A stretch of 64,000 nucleotides of DNA from contig CAWFGE010000014.1 in assembly GCA_963815195.1 (NCBI GenBank), positions 128,001 through 192,000 of the forward strand. Reading direction: 5' to 3'. The notes beneath the pieces were generated by a model. That model had not been told where the DNA came from. It did no database searches and saw nothing but the letters and a program-made list of their open reading frames with translations. Of the stretch, positions 9,942 through 18,954 are shown piece by piece. This DNA is from an uncultured Planctomycetaceae bacterium. Its GTDB lineage: Bacteria; Planctomycetota; Planctomycetia; Planctomycetales; Planctomycetaceae. Every line of letters begins with the position of its first letter. Position 1 is the first letter of the stretch. Made by a program: the position numbers and the translations under genes.

Positions 9942-10085
9942 TTACTCGGTGGTGGTATTCTGATACTTATCGTCGACGAGAATCAGCAGGATGTTCGGTT
10001 TTCGGGCGGGCTCCGCGCCGTCGGCCGGACCTGGGCGGACGATCCCATAACACAACGCGAGCAACACACAACAAAACCAGCGCAT
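9942..10085 (-). pseudogene. 5' stub of a secreted sulfatase gene, interrupted right after the DD motif
   Basis: MRWFCCVLLALCYGIVRPGPADGAEPARKPNILLILVDD|KYQNTTTE*: signal peptide plus the sulfatase N-terminal motif PN(I/V)xxIxxDD, then unrelated sequence and a stop. RBS-like GAAAGGG upstream. Confidence 0.8.
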
Positions 10086-10170
10086 GGAAAACCCTTTCTG
10101 TCTCAATTCGCCCAAAGCGCAAGTTTTGAAGTTGCGCTGGAAGCCGCCGCTACGACGGGCGCGCCGCCTT

Positions 10171-11235
10171 TCACAACCGGCTCTTTTTACTGTTTTTTGC
10201 GGCGGCGGATTTTCTGCGGGCCTCCGCTGGAGGTTCCGGTTCAAATAGGACAGGCTCCTCCGCGAAGCCTTGCTGAGCCTCCAACTGTTCGCGGAGGGCG
10301 GCCAGCTCCTCGCGTTCGTGCCAGAGCTTCTCCCGCTCGCGTTCGAGCAGCTCCCGTTCCCGTTGGACCGCGGAAAGTTGCCGGGCCAGCTCTTCGCGTT
10401 CGCCATCCGGACGGTTCTCCTCGGCGGAGTCCCCGGCTTGATCGGCCAGATGTTCTTCCCACTGCTGGCGGATTTGCTCGAACTCCGCCCGGTCTTGCTG
10501 AAAACGCTTCCATTCGCGCTCCATGAGGCTTTCGCGCTTCGCCAACTGAGCCTGCTGCGATTCCAACTCGGCCCGGAGCGCCGCCAATTCTTCCCGCGCT
10601 GTTGACAGGTCTTCGTCCGCCGGCCCGTTTCTCCGCCGGGCCTCCAGTTGATCCCGCACCGCGGTGCAGCGGTCGCTGATGAATTCCGACAACTGCGCGA
10701 TCTGGTCGCGGTCGGCCCGGCGCATCCGCTCGGTCAAGAGGGACAACAGCGCCTGCGTCAGCCGTTCGTAGCCATCGAGGGCCGCCATGTTTCCGTACCG
10801 CAGCGCCACGTTGGTGCAGATGTGCAGGCCGCTCCACTGCGTCGGGGCATGCTGTCCGCCGAACGGCCGCGTGCTCTTCCAATGAAACGCCAGGAACTCG
10901 CCCGCGTTTTCGGGGGCGAGGTGGGCATACGGAGCATATTGCGTCAGCCCTTTCCGGGCGAAGGTCTTGGCGGCGGATTGGAAAAACGGGGCCGCGAACT
11001 CGGCGAAATCCCGCTCCAACGGGTTCCAGCGTTCGGCGAGGAGGATTTCGGTCATCCGCAGCAGATCATCCAAAAGGGCGAGCATCACCAGCGACTTGCC
11101 CGTGCCGCTCTTTCGCAGTTGATCCAAATCGTCCCCCAGCACGTCCCGCGCGCTGCATTCGTCCAAATGCAACACGACCGAGTCGTGCAAATCCGTCAAT
11201 TGCTCCATCAAATGGGTTTTCAAGGAGTCGGTCAT
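10171..11235 (-). CDS. Hypothetical protein with C-terminal coiled coil
   Basis: 354-aa ORF with host-like codon use and an E/R/Q-rich heptad region. Confidence 0.75.
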   Translation of the reverse strand: MTDSLKTHLMEQLTDLHDSVVLHLDECSARDVLGDDLDQLRKSGTGKSLVMLALLDDLLRMTEILLAERWNPLERDFAEFAAPFFQSAAKTFARKGLTQYAPYAHLAPENAGEFLAFHWKSTRPFGGQHAPTQWSGLHICTNVALRYGNMAALDGYERLTQALLSLLTERMRRADRDQIAQLSEFISDRCTAVRDQLEARRRNGPADEDLSTAREELAALRAELESQQAQLAKRESLMEREWKRFQQDRAEFEQIRQQWEEHLADQAGDSAEENRPDGEREELARQLSAVQRERELLEREREKLWHEREELAALREQLEAQQGFAEEPVLFEPEPPAEARRKSAAAKNSKKSRL

Positions 11236-11449
11236 TCCTGTTGATCCTGACGAGTCGAAGCGAACCCGGAACTCTTCTCTCCGAGATTAGCCCGAAACCC
11301 CGCCGGCTTCCACCCGAAACGGGGTGCACGACAGCTTTTGTTTTTTCAAGATCCGCCCAACATCTCAATAGATTCAGTCGTTCCAAATCTCGTGTGATTG
11401 TGGTGCAACCGTCTGGCTGCATTCGCAGACGCCTGCGCCAAAAGGATTT

Positions 11450-11546
11450 AGGACCGAAGGTCCGGCCCTATGTCAGCCCAGGGCAAGCGCAGCGCCGCCC
11501 TGGGTTACGAATGAACAAAATGCAAGCCCCAACGGGGCGGCCCTAT
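11450..11546. repeat. REP/REPIN-like palindromic element
   Basis: Hairpin ggaccgaaggtcc+ggccctat, central agcccagggc...gccctgggtt stem, second hairpin gccccaacggggc+ggccctat. Confidence 0.7.
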
Positions 11547-11858
11547 CACCCGCAGGCCCCTTCATCCTTTTTTCGTAACGACTGAGATGGGTCATCAGGG
11601 CCCGTCTTGGTGAAGCTCCTTCGCTAGATTCGTGACATATCGGACGAATGGATGTAAAAAAACATTACCCCAAAATACGCAGTCCTTTCCATAACGGTTT
11701 TGACCCCGATTTCCTTCGTTGACAAGACGCTCGCATTTTGCAACCGGCGCAAAAGCTGACGTGCTCCACCCGAAACGCCTCAAAACCCGCGGCTGTTTTT
11801 CTCCGCGGCGGGTTTGAGTATGCTTAGGCAACATCACGCGGCTCACTTGGGGAAAATT

Positions 11859-13841
11859 ATGCACGCATTGACATTGGGGTCTTTTGCTTTCTTCACGGCT
11901 TTGGTGGCCGTTCTCACCTGGATTCTGACCCGCAAAGACCGCCACGATACCTCTGCCGGGTATTTTCTGGCCGGGCGGGCGTTGACGGGCGGCTACATCG
12001 CGGGCTCCTTAATGCTGACGAACCTCTCCACCGAGCAGTTGGTGGGGCTCAACGGGGACGCCTTCGCGGACGGGATGTCGGTGATGGCCTGGGAAGTCAT
12101 CGCCGGGATGTCGCTGGTGGTGATGGCCTTGTACTTTCTGCCCAAGTATCTCAAAAGCGGCATCGCCACGATTCCGGAATTCCTCGAGCAGCGGTTCAAC
12201 GAATCCACCCGCACGATCACCACGCTGATTTTTATCGTGGCCTACGCCGGCATTTTGCTGCCGATCATTCTCTACACCGGTGCCACCGGCCTTTCCGGGA
12301 TTTTGAATATGAAGGACATCTTCGGCATCTCCTCCGACACGGGGGCGCTCTGGTTCAGCGTGTGGCTCATCGGGATCATCGGCTCCATCTATGCCATTTT
12401 CGGCGGTTTGCGGACGGTCGCCGTCTCCGACACGCTCAACGGGTTCGGGCTCTTGGTGGGCGGGCTTTTGATCGCCTGGTTTGGATTGTCCGCGATCAAT
12501 CCCGGGGCGCCGCTGTCCGCGATCTCGGAAATCCGCCAGGCCGACCCCGAGAAATTCAATTCCCTGGGCGGCCCCGAGCAAACCGTCCCGTTTTCCACCC
12601 TGTTTACGGGCGTGTTGCTCTTGAACCTGTTTTACTGGTGCACCAATCAGCAAATTATTCAGCGGACGTTCGGTGCCTCGAACCTCGCCGAGGGACAAAA
12701 AGGCGTGCTGCTCGCGGGGCTTTTGAAAATCCTGACCCCGATCATTCTCGTCGTGCCGGGGATCATCGCGTTTTTTCTGTTCGGGAGAGTGCTCGCGGAC
12801 GGAGAGGCGTTGGTGGTGAAAGACGTGACCGGCGGCAAGACGAGTGCCGTGGTGCTGTCGGTGAAGCCGAAGGACAGCGACAAAGCCAAGGAGGAAATCC
12901 TCCACGGGGGCGCGGCGTTGGAGAAGCTCGGCGTCAAGTCCTTTGCGGAAGCCGGGAACCTGGCGGGACAGACCGTCGAGCGGGACGAGCAATCGATCAC
13001 GGTGGAAAAAATCGTTCCGCCGAACGTGGTGATCGCCGCGGGGAAAGACGGCCAAAACCGCTACCTCACGCCGGGCGAATACCAGCGGGTGCGCGAGTTT
13101 AAGAGCGAAGCCGAGTCCGAGCCAGATGCGGAGGAGGCCAAGAACCCGCGGGTCATCGGTCCGCCGAACCGCGTGAAAGCCTACGGGCTCTTGGTGCGAA
13201 GCGTGCTCCCCAAACCGTTGGCGGGCTTTTTCGCGGCGGTGGTGGTTGGGGCGATTTTGAGTTCGTTCAACTCAGCCCTCAACAGCACCGCCACGCTGTT
13301 CAGCCTGGGGGTCTATCAGCACATGATCCGCCCGGGCGCCACCGAAGAGCAGGTGATTCGGTCGGGCAAGTGGTTCGGATGGATCATCGCCATCGCCGCC
13401 ATGAGCACCGCGCCGCTGCTCGCCGGCCAGGAAAGCATCTTCGGGTATCTGCAGAAGATGAACGGATTGTATTTCATCCCGATTTTCTCGGTGGTGTTCA
13501 TGGGGATTGTGCATCGGCGGGTGCCTGCCGCCGCCGCGAACACCGCGCTGGTCCTGGGCTTCGCCGCGATTGTGCTGGGATATTTCGTGCCGCCCTTCAA
13601 AGGTTGGGCCGAAGCGATCCACGGCTATCATTTTCTGGGGCTGGTCTTTGCCGCGCTGGTGCTTTTAATGTCCGTGTGGGCGAAGGCCGCTCCTTTGGAG
13701 AAAGCCTGGGAGCAGAGATACTCCGGCGACGTCGATCTGACGCCCTGGAAACCCGCGAAAATCGTCGGCTTGATCCTGATTCTGATCGTGCTGTCGATGT
13801 ACCTCTTCCTGGCGGACCCGTCTGTGATCGGTGGACCCTGA
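11859..13841 (+). CDS. Sodium:solute symporter (SSS family, YidK-like)
   Basis: [51 protein letters not shown]; many TM segments. Confidence 0.92.
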   Translation: MHALTLGSFAFFTALVAVLTWILTRKDRHDTSAGYFLAGRALTGGYIAGSLMLTNLSTEQLVGLNGDAFADGMSVMAWEVIAGMSLVVMALYFLPKYLKSGIATIPEFLEQRFNESTRTITTLIFIVAYAGILLPIILYTGATGLSGILNMKDIFGISSDTGALWFSVWLIGIIGSIYAIFGGLRTVAVSDTLNGFGLLVGGLLIAWFGLSAINPGAPLSAISEIRQADPEKFNSLGGPEQTVPFSTLFTGVLLLNLFYWCTNQQIIQRTFGASNLAEGQKGVLLAGLLKILTPIILVVPGIIAFFLFGRVLADGEALVVKDVTGGKTSAVVLSVKPKDSDKAKEEILHGGAALEKLGVKSFAEAGNLAGQTVERDEQSITVEKIVPPNVVIAAGKDGQNRYLTPGEYQRVREFKSEAESEPDAEEAKNPRVIGPPNRVKAYGLLVRSVLPKPLAGFFAAVVVGAILSSFNSALNSTATLFSLGVYQHMIRPGATEEQVIRSGKWFGWIIAIAAMSTAPLLAGQESIFGYLQKMNGLYFIPIFSVVFMGIVHRRVPAAAANTALVLGFAAIVLGYFVPPFKGWAEAIHGYHFLGLVFAALVLLMSVWAKAAPLEKAWEQRYSGDVDLTPWKPAKIVGLILILIVLSMYLFLADPSVIGGP

Positions 13842-14180
13842 TCGCTTCGACTTTCTGCGCGCTCAAATTGGCGACAAACGCGCAATTCCGATCAAAACTT
13901 GCCAGCAACACTCCCGAAATGTTTCAAGCCGACGACGGCATCTTGCCGCGGTCGATCGCGCTCGGCGGCTGGAATCCGCCGCTCCGAAAATGCCCTCAAC
14001 GCGCCGAAGCCCTAAAAACCGGCATTTTCCGGGAAGAATGCTTTTTTGAGGAAAAGCCGATGTTATCTGAACGGATGCCCGAAAACACTTGTGCTATGTA
14101 TGACGGTTCATTAGTATTACTGAGGTTGAGCATCAAGCCTTACCCTAAACGCCAAATATTCATCAACAAATTTTTGTCCA

Positions 14181-14219
14181 TTGGTTCTCTTCCATTGCAT
14201 ACTATAATCGAGTATACTC
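14181..14219 (+). promoter_or_regulatory. Putative sigma-70 promoter of lexA with overlapping palindromes
   Basis: TTGGTT-16nt-TATAAT (14181-14208), overlapped by ATACT-N7-AGTAT and GAGTATACTC. Confidence 0.4.
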
Positions 14220-14292
14220 ATGCCAATCTTGCGAGATTGACAGTTGGTGTCGGTCTCATCGGTTGTCCACTTTTAGTCAGGGAGTCGCGACA

Positions 14293-14904
14293 ATGCTAAA
14301 CAGCACTTCAACCAAGCCGGCGTTAACGCCGCGTCAGCGAGAAATCTACGAATTTCTCAAAGACAAAATCGTCAACCGGGGATACGGGCCGACGGTCCGG
14401 GAAATTGGAGCCCACTTCGACATCAAATCCCCCAATGGCGTGATGTGCCATTTGAAGGCGCTTGAAAAGAAGGGTTTGATCACACGGGAATCGCATATGT
14501 CCCGCGCCATCCAACTGACCGAATCGCCCCAGAAGCGGATGAGCCTGCCGCTCGCCGGCCAGATTGCCGCGGGCAGCCCCGTCTTGGCGGAAGAAGACAC
14601 CGAACGCGTCGATTTCGCCGACCTCTTTGATGCGGAAGATCACTTCTGCCTCAAAGTCAAAGGCGATTCGATGATCGAAGACCACATTTCCGAAGGCGAC
14701 TTTGTGATTGTCAACAAGCAAAGCAGTTGCCGGGACGGAGAAATCGTGGTCGCTTTAGTGGACGGCCAGGAAGCGACATTGAAGCGGTTCTACAAAGAGC
14801 GCGACCGCATCCGCCTGGAACCGGCCAATTCCAAAATGAAGCCCATCTACGCCAACAACGTGGATATTTTGGGCGTGGTCGTCGGCGTGATCCGCCGCTG
14901 CTAG
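14293..14904 (+). CDS. lexA: SOS repressor LexA
   Basis: LTPRQREIYEF...GYGPTVREIG wHTH, IAAG cleavage site, GDSM catalytic Ser, TLKR catalytic Lys; GGAG RBS. Confidence 0.96.
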   Translation: MLNSTSTKPALTPRQREIYEFLKDKIVNRGYGPTVREIGAHFDIKSPNGVMCHLKALEKKGLITRESHMSRAIQLTESPQKRMSLPLAGQIAAGSPVLAEEDTERVDFADLFDAEDHFCLKVKGDSMIEDHISEGDFVIVNKQSSCRDGEIVVALVDGQEATLKRFYKERDRIRLEPANSKMKPIYANNVDILGVVVGVIRRC

Positions 14905-14933
14905 TTCTGTAAAAACGTGGGCTTGAACAAATG

Positions 14934-15010
14934 AGCCGCAGGGCGCTAAGTGCTCTGCGAAAGCAAAAACTTTGGGTGAAAAAATTAGCCGCAGGGCACT
15001 AGCCGCGGTT
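14934..15010. repeat. Short direct repeat, REP-like remnant
   Basis: agccgcagggcgcta (14934) and agccgcagggcacta (14987). Confidence 0.45.
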
Positions 15011-15037
15011 TTTCCAAATCGAAATAGACGATTCCAC

Positions 15038-15078
15038 AGAAAGCCCGGCTTGTCCCATTAAGCCGGGCTTTCTTTTTT
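15038..15078 (+). terminator. Rho-independent terminator between convergent lexA and arnT-like gene
   Basis: 14-bp stem agaaagcccggctt / aagccgggctttct followed by a T-run. Confidence 0.8.
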
Positions 15079-15082
15079 GAAA

Positions 15083-16873
15083 TTATCGCCGAGTGGAACC
15101 GTCCGCGCCGCGGGCAAACTGGATTCCGCCGGGCTTCGGGCGGCCGAGGATCACGATGTCGTGCCGGCGCAGAAACCGCCGCCGGCGGGCCAGGATTTCC
15201 GTCCCGTCCGGCAATAGCGGCCGCAGGTGTTCCAGGCGGTCGGCCCGCGTGATGAGCAAACTGTCGTCCCGCGACAAGAGTTCCGGCACGTCTTCCGCAA
15301 CCTGGCAGCGCTCGATTTTTCGCTCGGCATAAAACACCAGGCCCGGCGGCAAATAGTTGAAGGCTCCCGCGGGCGAGTTCGGATCCTGATGCTCGAGCAG
15401 TTCCGCCGCGAGATAGGCCCCGTCTTGATGCCGGCTGATCCGCGGTGCCGCCCATGTGAACACGACGAGGATAAACAGCACCGCGACTGCTCCCACCGCT
15501 CGGCGGGCGGCGATGAGTCCGCGGCGTTTGAGAATCCGCCAAACCGCGATCCCGCCCAACATCGGCACCAATCCCACCATCGCCAGCATCGTTTCGCCGG
15601 GCAGCAGAATCGACGCGGCAAGGCCCAGGCCGACCGCCATCGCGATCCCCACGCCTACAAAAGTCCAGGCCGCCCAGGCGAAATCTCGCATCACCGAAGC
15701 GAACACGGCCTCTTCGCCCGCCCGCTCAAACCACCACGCGGTGATGAGGGCCAGCGCCGGATAGCAGGGCAAAATGTAGTTGGGCAGTTTCGTGCGGGCA
15801 CAGGTGAAAAAAATCAGATACACCAGAAACCAGCACACGACGAAGACGACGCCCGCCGACTCCGGCGTTCCCCCGCGAAGCCGGCGAATCACCCCCCGAA
15901 TGACCGGCACGCAAAACACCGACCACGGGAAGAAACCGATCAGAATCGCGATCGGATAATACAGCACCGGACCGTTGTGGCCTTCCATCGGCTTTAAGAA
16001 TCGGCCCACGTTGTGCTGCCCCAAAAACCCGCGAAGCCAGGCTCCATCCGTTTTGATTCCCACGGCGACGTACCAGGGCAGGGCAATCACCGCCACGCAT
16101 ACGAGAATCCAATACGGCCGCATCGCCCAGGCGATCCGCCAAAGCTCGCCCGGCTGAAACGAACGCTTCAAAAATTGCTTGACTCTTATCCAGCGCGAGA
16201 CGGGCGTGGCGATTTCCTGCGGTTCGACGCGGTTCGCGCGAGCGATGGCGGAAACGTACAGAAAGCAGCCGATCACCACCGAAGGCAACAGCACGCCCAC
16301 CGGCCCCTTGGCAAGCACCGCCAGCGCCATCGCACTATAAATCGCCAGAAAAGCCGGCGTCCGCTGCGGCAACAGGTCCCGCCAACCGCGGGCGGAATCG
16401 CACCCGGCAGCCGGCCCCAGGCGGACAAACAAAAACAGCGAAAGCGTAGTAAAGAAAATCAGCGTCGAATCCGGCGTCGAGGCCCGGGCGATCGTCGTGA
16501 ACATCAGCGTGCTGCACAACATGATCCCCGCCCACATCCCCACGCGCTCGGAGAACAGCACCCGGCCGATGTTGTAGGTCAACAGACACGTCCCCAGACC
16601 CAGCGCGGCCGACCAGAACCGGGCCGCGAACTCGCTGACCCCGAACACATGGTACGACGCGAGCATCAACCAATACACCAGAATCGGCTTGTCGGTGCGA
16701 AGCTCCTCGTTGTACGTCGGCACGATCCAATCGCCCCGCACGAACATTTCCCGCCCGCACTCCGCGTTTTTCGGCTCATCCTCGTCGAACAGCTGCGGCG
16801 CGCCCAGGCCGAGAAAAAATGTCAGCAAAGCCATCCCGGCCACAAGCATCCATCGGGGCATTCGGCGTTCCAT
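15083..16873 (-). CDS. ArnT/PMT-family (GT-C) membrane glycosyltransferase
   Basis: LFDEDEPKNAECGREM...WIVPTYNEELRTDKPILVYWL, LAKGPVG, TKLPNYILPCYPALAL. Confidence 0.9.
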   Translation of the reverse strand: MERRMPRWMLVAGMALLTFFLGLGAPQLFDEDEPKNAECGREMFVRGDWIVPTYNEELRTDKPILVYWLMLASYHVFGVSEFAARFWSAALGLGTCLLTYNIGRVLFSERVGMWAGIMLCSTLMFTTIARASTPDSTLIFFTTLSLFLFVRLGPAAGCDSARGWRDLLPQRTPAFLAIYSAMALAVLAKGPVGVLLPSVVIGCFLYVSAIARANRVEPQEIATPVSRWIRVKQFLKRSFQPGELWRIAWAMRPYWILVCVAVIALPWYVAVGIKTDGAWLRGFLGQHNVGRFLKPMEGHNGPVLYYPIAILIGFFPWSVFCVPVIRGVIRRLRGGTPESAGVVFVVCWFLVYLIFFTCARTKLPNYILPCYPALALITAWWFERAGEEAVFASVMRDFAWAAWTFVGVGIAMAVGLGLAASILLPGETMLAMVGLVPMLGGIAVWRILKRRGLIAARRAVGAVAVLFILVVFTWAAPRISRHQDGAYLAAELLEHQDPNSPAGAFNYLPPGLVFYAERKIERCQVAEDVPELLSRDDSLLITRADRLEHLRPLLPDGTEILARRRRFLRRHDIVILGRPKPGGIQFARGADGSTRR

Positions 16874-17100
16874 CGCGTTGTTGTCTCCGTTCGTCCGTCT
16901 GCGGGCTTCCCAAGATTGCCTGGATTCTTTGGCTTATCGGATTTTCGGACCGATTTGGGCAGATTCCCTCTTTCGCGAAATCCAAAAATGGTGAAAATGC
17001 CCCGGTCCACCCGACAAGATAAACAGGGTTTTCTCAAAAAATCGCTTTGAGATCCAGAACATTTCGGAATCGCTCGCTCCACTCGACAGATTACCAGTTT

Positions 17101-17838
17101 ATGACGGTCACTCCGCTCAAAGGGCATTCCACCGCCTGTCCACAGGACAACCGCCTCTGGCAAGAGGAGCATCCGTTGTGGATTTCGCACGCCTTTACCT
17201 GGAGAGGCTTGATCCCGCCGGGTCTGTTGCTGCTGGCGGCGTGCCTGTTTCTTCCCGCGGATGTCTGGGTGTCGCTGTATTACTACAAGATTCCCGCGGG
17301 GCATCCCAAATTCTTGCGGAACATCTTGGATAACGTGGAACCGTTCGGGCACGCGGTGGGCGTCGTGGTCGCGGCGTTGTCGGTGATGCTCTTGGACGGC
17401 CGGCAATGGAAAACGGGCTTCAGCGTCTTGGGGGCGGGACTCGGGGCCGGGCTCGCGGCGGATGTCGCCAAGCTGCTCATCGGCCGGGTCCGGCCGCGGA
17501 ATTTCGATTTTGACACCCTGGACGTCCGGGCGACGTTTGAAGGGTTTCTGCCGTTTTTCAGCGGGACCTCGGGCAGCCAGAGCTTTCCCTCGGCCCACAC
17601 CGCGACGGCCTTTGCGATGGCGGTGATGCTCAGTTCCCTCTATCCCCGCGCGCGGGTGCTGTTTTTCCTCTTGGCGTTTCTCGTGGCGGGGCATCGCCTG
17701 CATTCGGGCGCGCATTATCCGAGCGACATTCTCACCGGGGCCGCGATCGGCTGGCTGTTTGCGATGTGGTGCATCCGTCTCGCGGTCCAGCACCGCTACC
17801 TCGCCACTCCCTCGGAATCCACGTCCGCTATTCGATAA
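17101..17838 (+). CDS. PAP2-family membrane phosphatase
   Basis: KLLIGRVRP, SFPSAH and RLHSGAHYPSD motifs. Confidence 0.9.
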   Translation: MTVTPLKGHSTACPQDNRLWQEEHPLWISHAFTWRGLIPPGLLLLAACLFLPADVWVSLYYYKIPAGHPKFLRNILDNVEPFGHAVGVVVAALSVMLLDGRQWKTGFSVLGAGLGAGLAADVAKLLIGRVRPRNFDFDTLDVRATFEGFLPFFSGTSGSQSFPSAHTATAFAMAVMLSSLYPRARVLFFLLAFLVAGHRLHSGAHYPSDILTGAAIGWLFAMWCIRLAVQHRYLATPSESTSAIR

Positions 17839-18646
17839 ACTCGAACACGGCCTTGGTGGGCGGGTCATCGGGCAGGCCGAGTTCGGCATTGATCCTGCGG
17901 TGATTGGTGTCTTTCGCCGGGAAGGTCTTGGCGGAAATGCCCGCTTCCCTGAGCGCCTCGGCCAGCCGGTTCGATTGCAGCTTCGTTTCGGGATGCTCCG
18001 CCACATGCAAAATCAGAAACGGCGGGAGCGATTTCCCCTTGGCCACGTGGCTCACGGGCGAGAGGTCCTTTTGGCTTTCCTCATCGCCGAACTTTCGGCG
18101 GTAGATGTTGGCGATCCGCTCTTCGACGGTCCGAATCTGCAGGGGGACATCGTAAGTGTCGCCGTCCACGGGGACGCAGCCTTTGACGATCTTTAGGGGC
18201 AACCCCTCGGCCTTCAGATAACTGTCATCCGTGCAAAGGAGGGCGGCCAGTTGCGCCCCGGCGGAATGGCCCATCACGTAAAACCGCTTGGGATCGCCGC
18301 CGATCTCGCCCGCATGATCGTGAACCCAGCGGAACCCCTTCGCCACGTCGCCGGCCATCTCTTTGATGGATGCTTCGGGAATCAAGCGGTAGTTCGTCGA
18401 GACAAACACGTACCCGCGGTCCACAAACGCCTGGGGCTTTTTGTCCATTTCGGATTTGTCCCCCGCCTGCCAGCCGCCGCCGTGGATCCAGAACACGATT
18501 GCGTGCGTTTTGCCGTCCGCCGGCGAATAGACATCGAGTGTCTGCCGTTTGTTCTGCGTCTCGGCATAAGCCACATCCCGAAGGGTCCGCATTTCCGCCC
18601 CGCGCACGGAGCCGGCGAGCAACAACAAAACCGGAAGCCATCTCAT
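17828..18646 (-). CDS. Secreted alpha/beta hydrolase (esterase/lipase)
   Basis: Signal peptide, HGGGW, GHSAG. Confidence 0.9.
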   Translation of the reverse strand: MRWLPVLLLLAGSVRGAEMRTLRDVAYAETQNKRQTLDVYSPADGKTHAIVFWIHGGGWQAGDKSEMDKKPQAFVDRGYVFVSTNYRLIPEASIKEMAGDVAKGFRWVHDHAGEIGGDPKRFYVMGHSAGAQLAALLCTDDSYLKAEGLPLKIVKGCVPVDGDTYDVPLQIRTVEERIANIYRRKFGDEESQKDLSPVSHVAKGKSLPPFLILHVAEHPETKLQSNRLAEALREAGISAKTFPAKDTNHRRINAELGLPDDPPTKAVFEFIE

Positions 18647-18703
18647 GCCGTATTCCTTATCGCAAAGAGAAGAATCATCGCCGAAATCCCCTGGTCATGT
18701 CCC

Positions 18704-18733
18704 CTCGTTGCCAAGCTGGAGCTTGGGAACGAG
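18704..18733. repeat. REP-like hairpin
   Basis: ctcgttgccaagc-tgga-gcttgggaacgag. Confidence 0.55.
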
Positions 18734-18954
18734 AGGAATCACTTCACGGATATGATGGAGCGCCCCGACGCTGGAAACAAGTCTGCCGGAAAACGCGGGT
18801 TCCCCGGAACGGCCTTGTCATTTAAGATTAAGAGTATTCCCCCTGAGCAACGGTTCGCCCGCATTGCATATTGTCTTTGGGCGGTTGCCTCTCTTGCTTG
18901 TCCAATCCTTCGGAGTCTGTTGTTTTGGCTGCTCATAAACAAACCATTTGCCGA

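Noticed and set aside
9942..10406. 154-aa ORF as a full gene
   Set aside because: Its 5' part overlaps the 354-aa gene in another frame; only the last 47 codons (from ATG 10085) look like a real gene start.
11090..11120. SGTGKS in the 354-aa hypothetical protein as a Walker A motif
   Set aside because: Lacks the first Gly/Ala of GxxxxGK[ST], the preceding hydrophobic strand and any Walker B.
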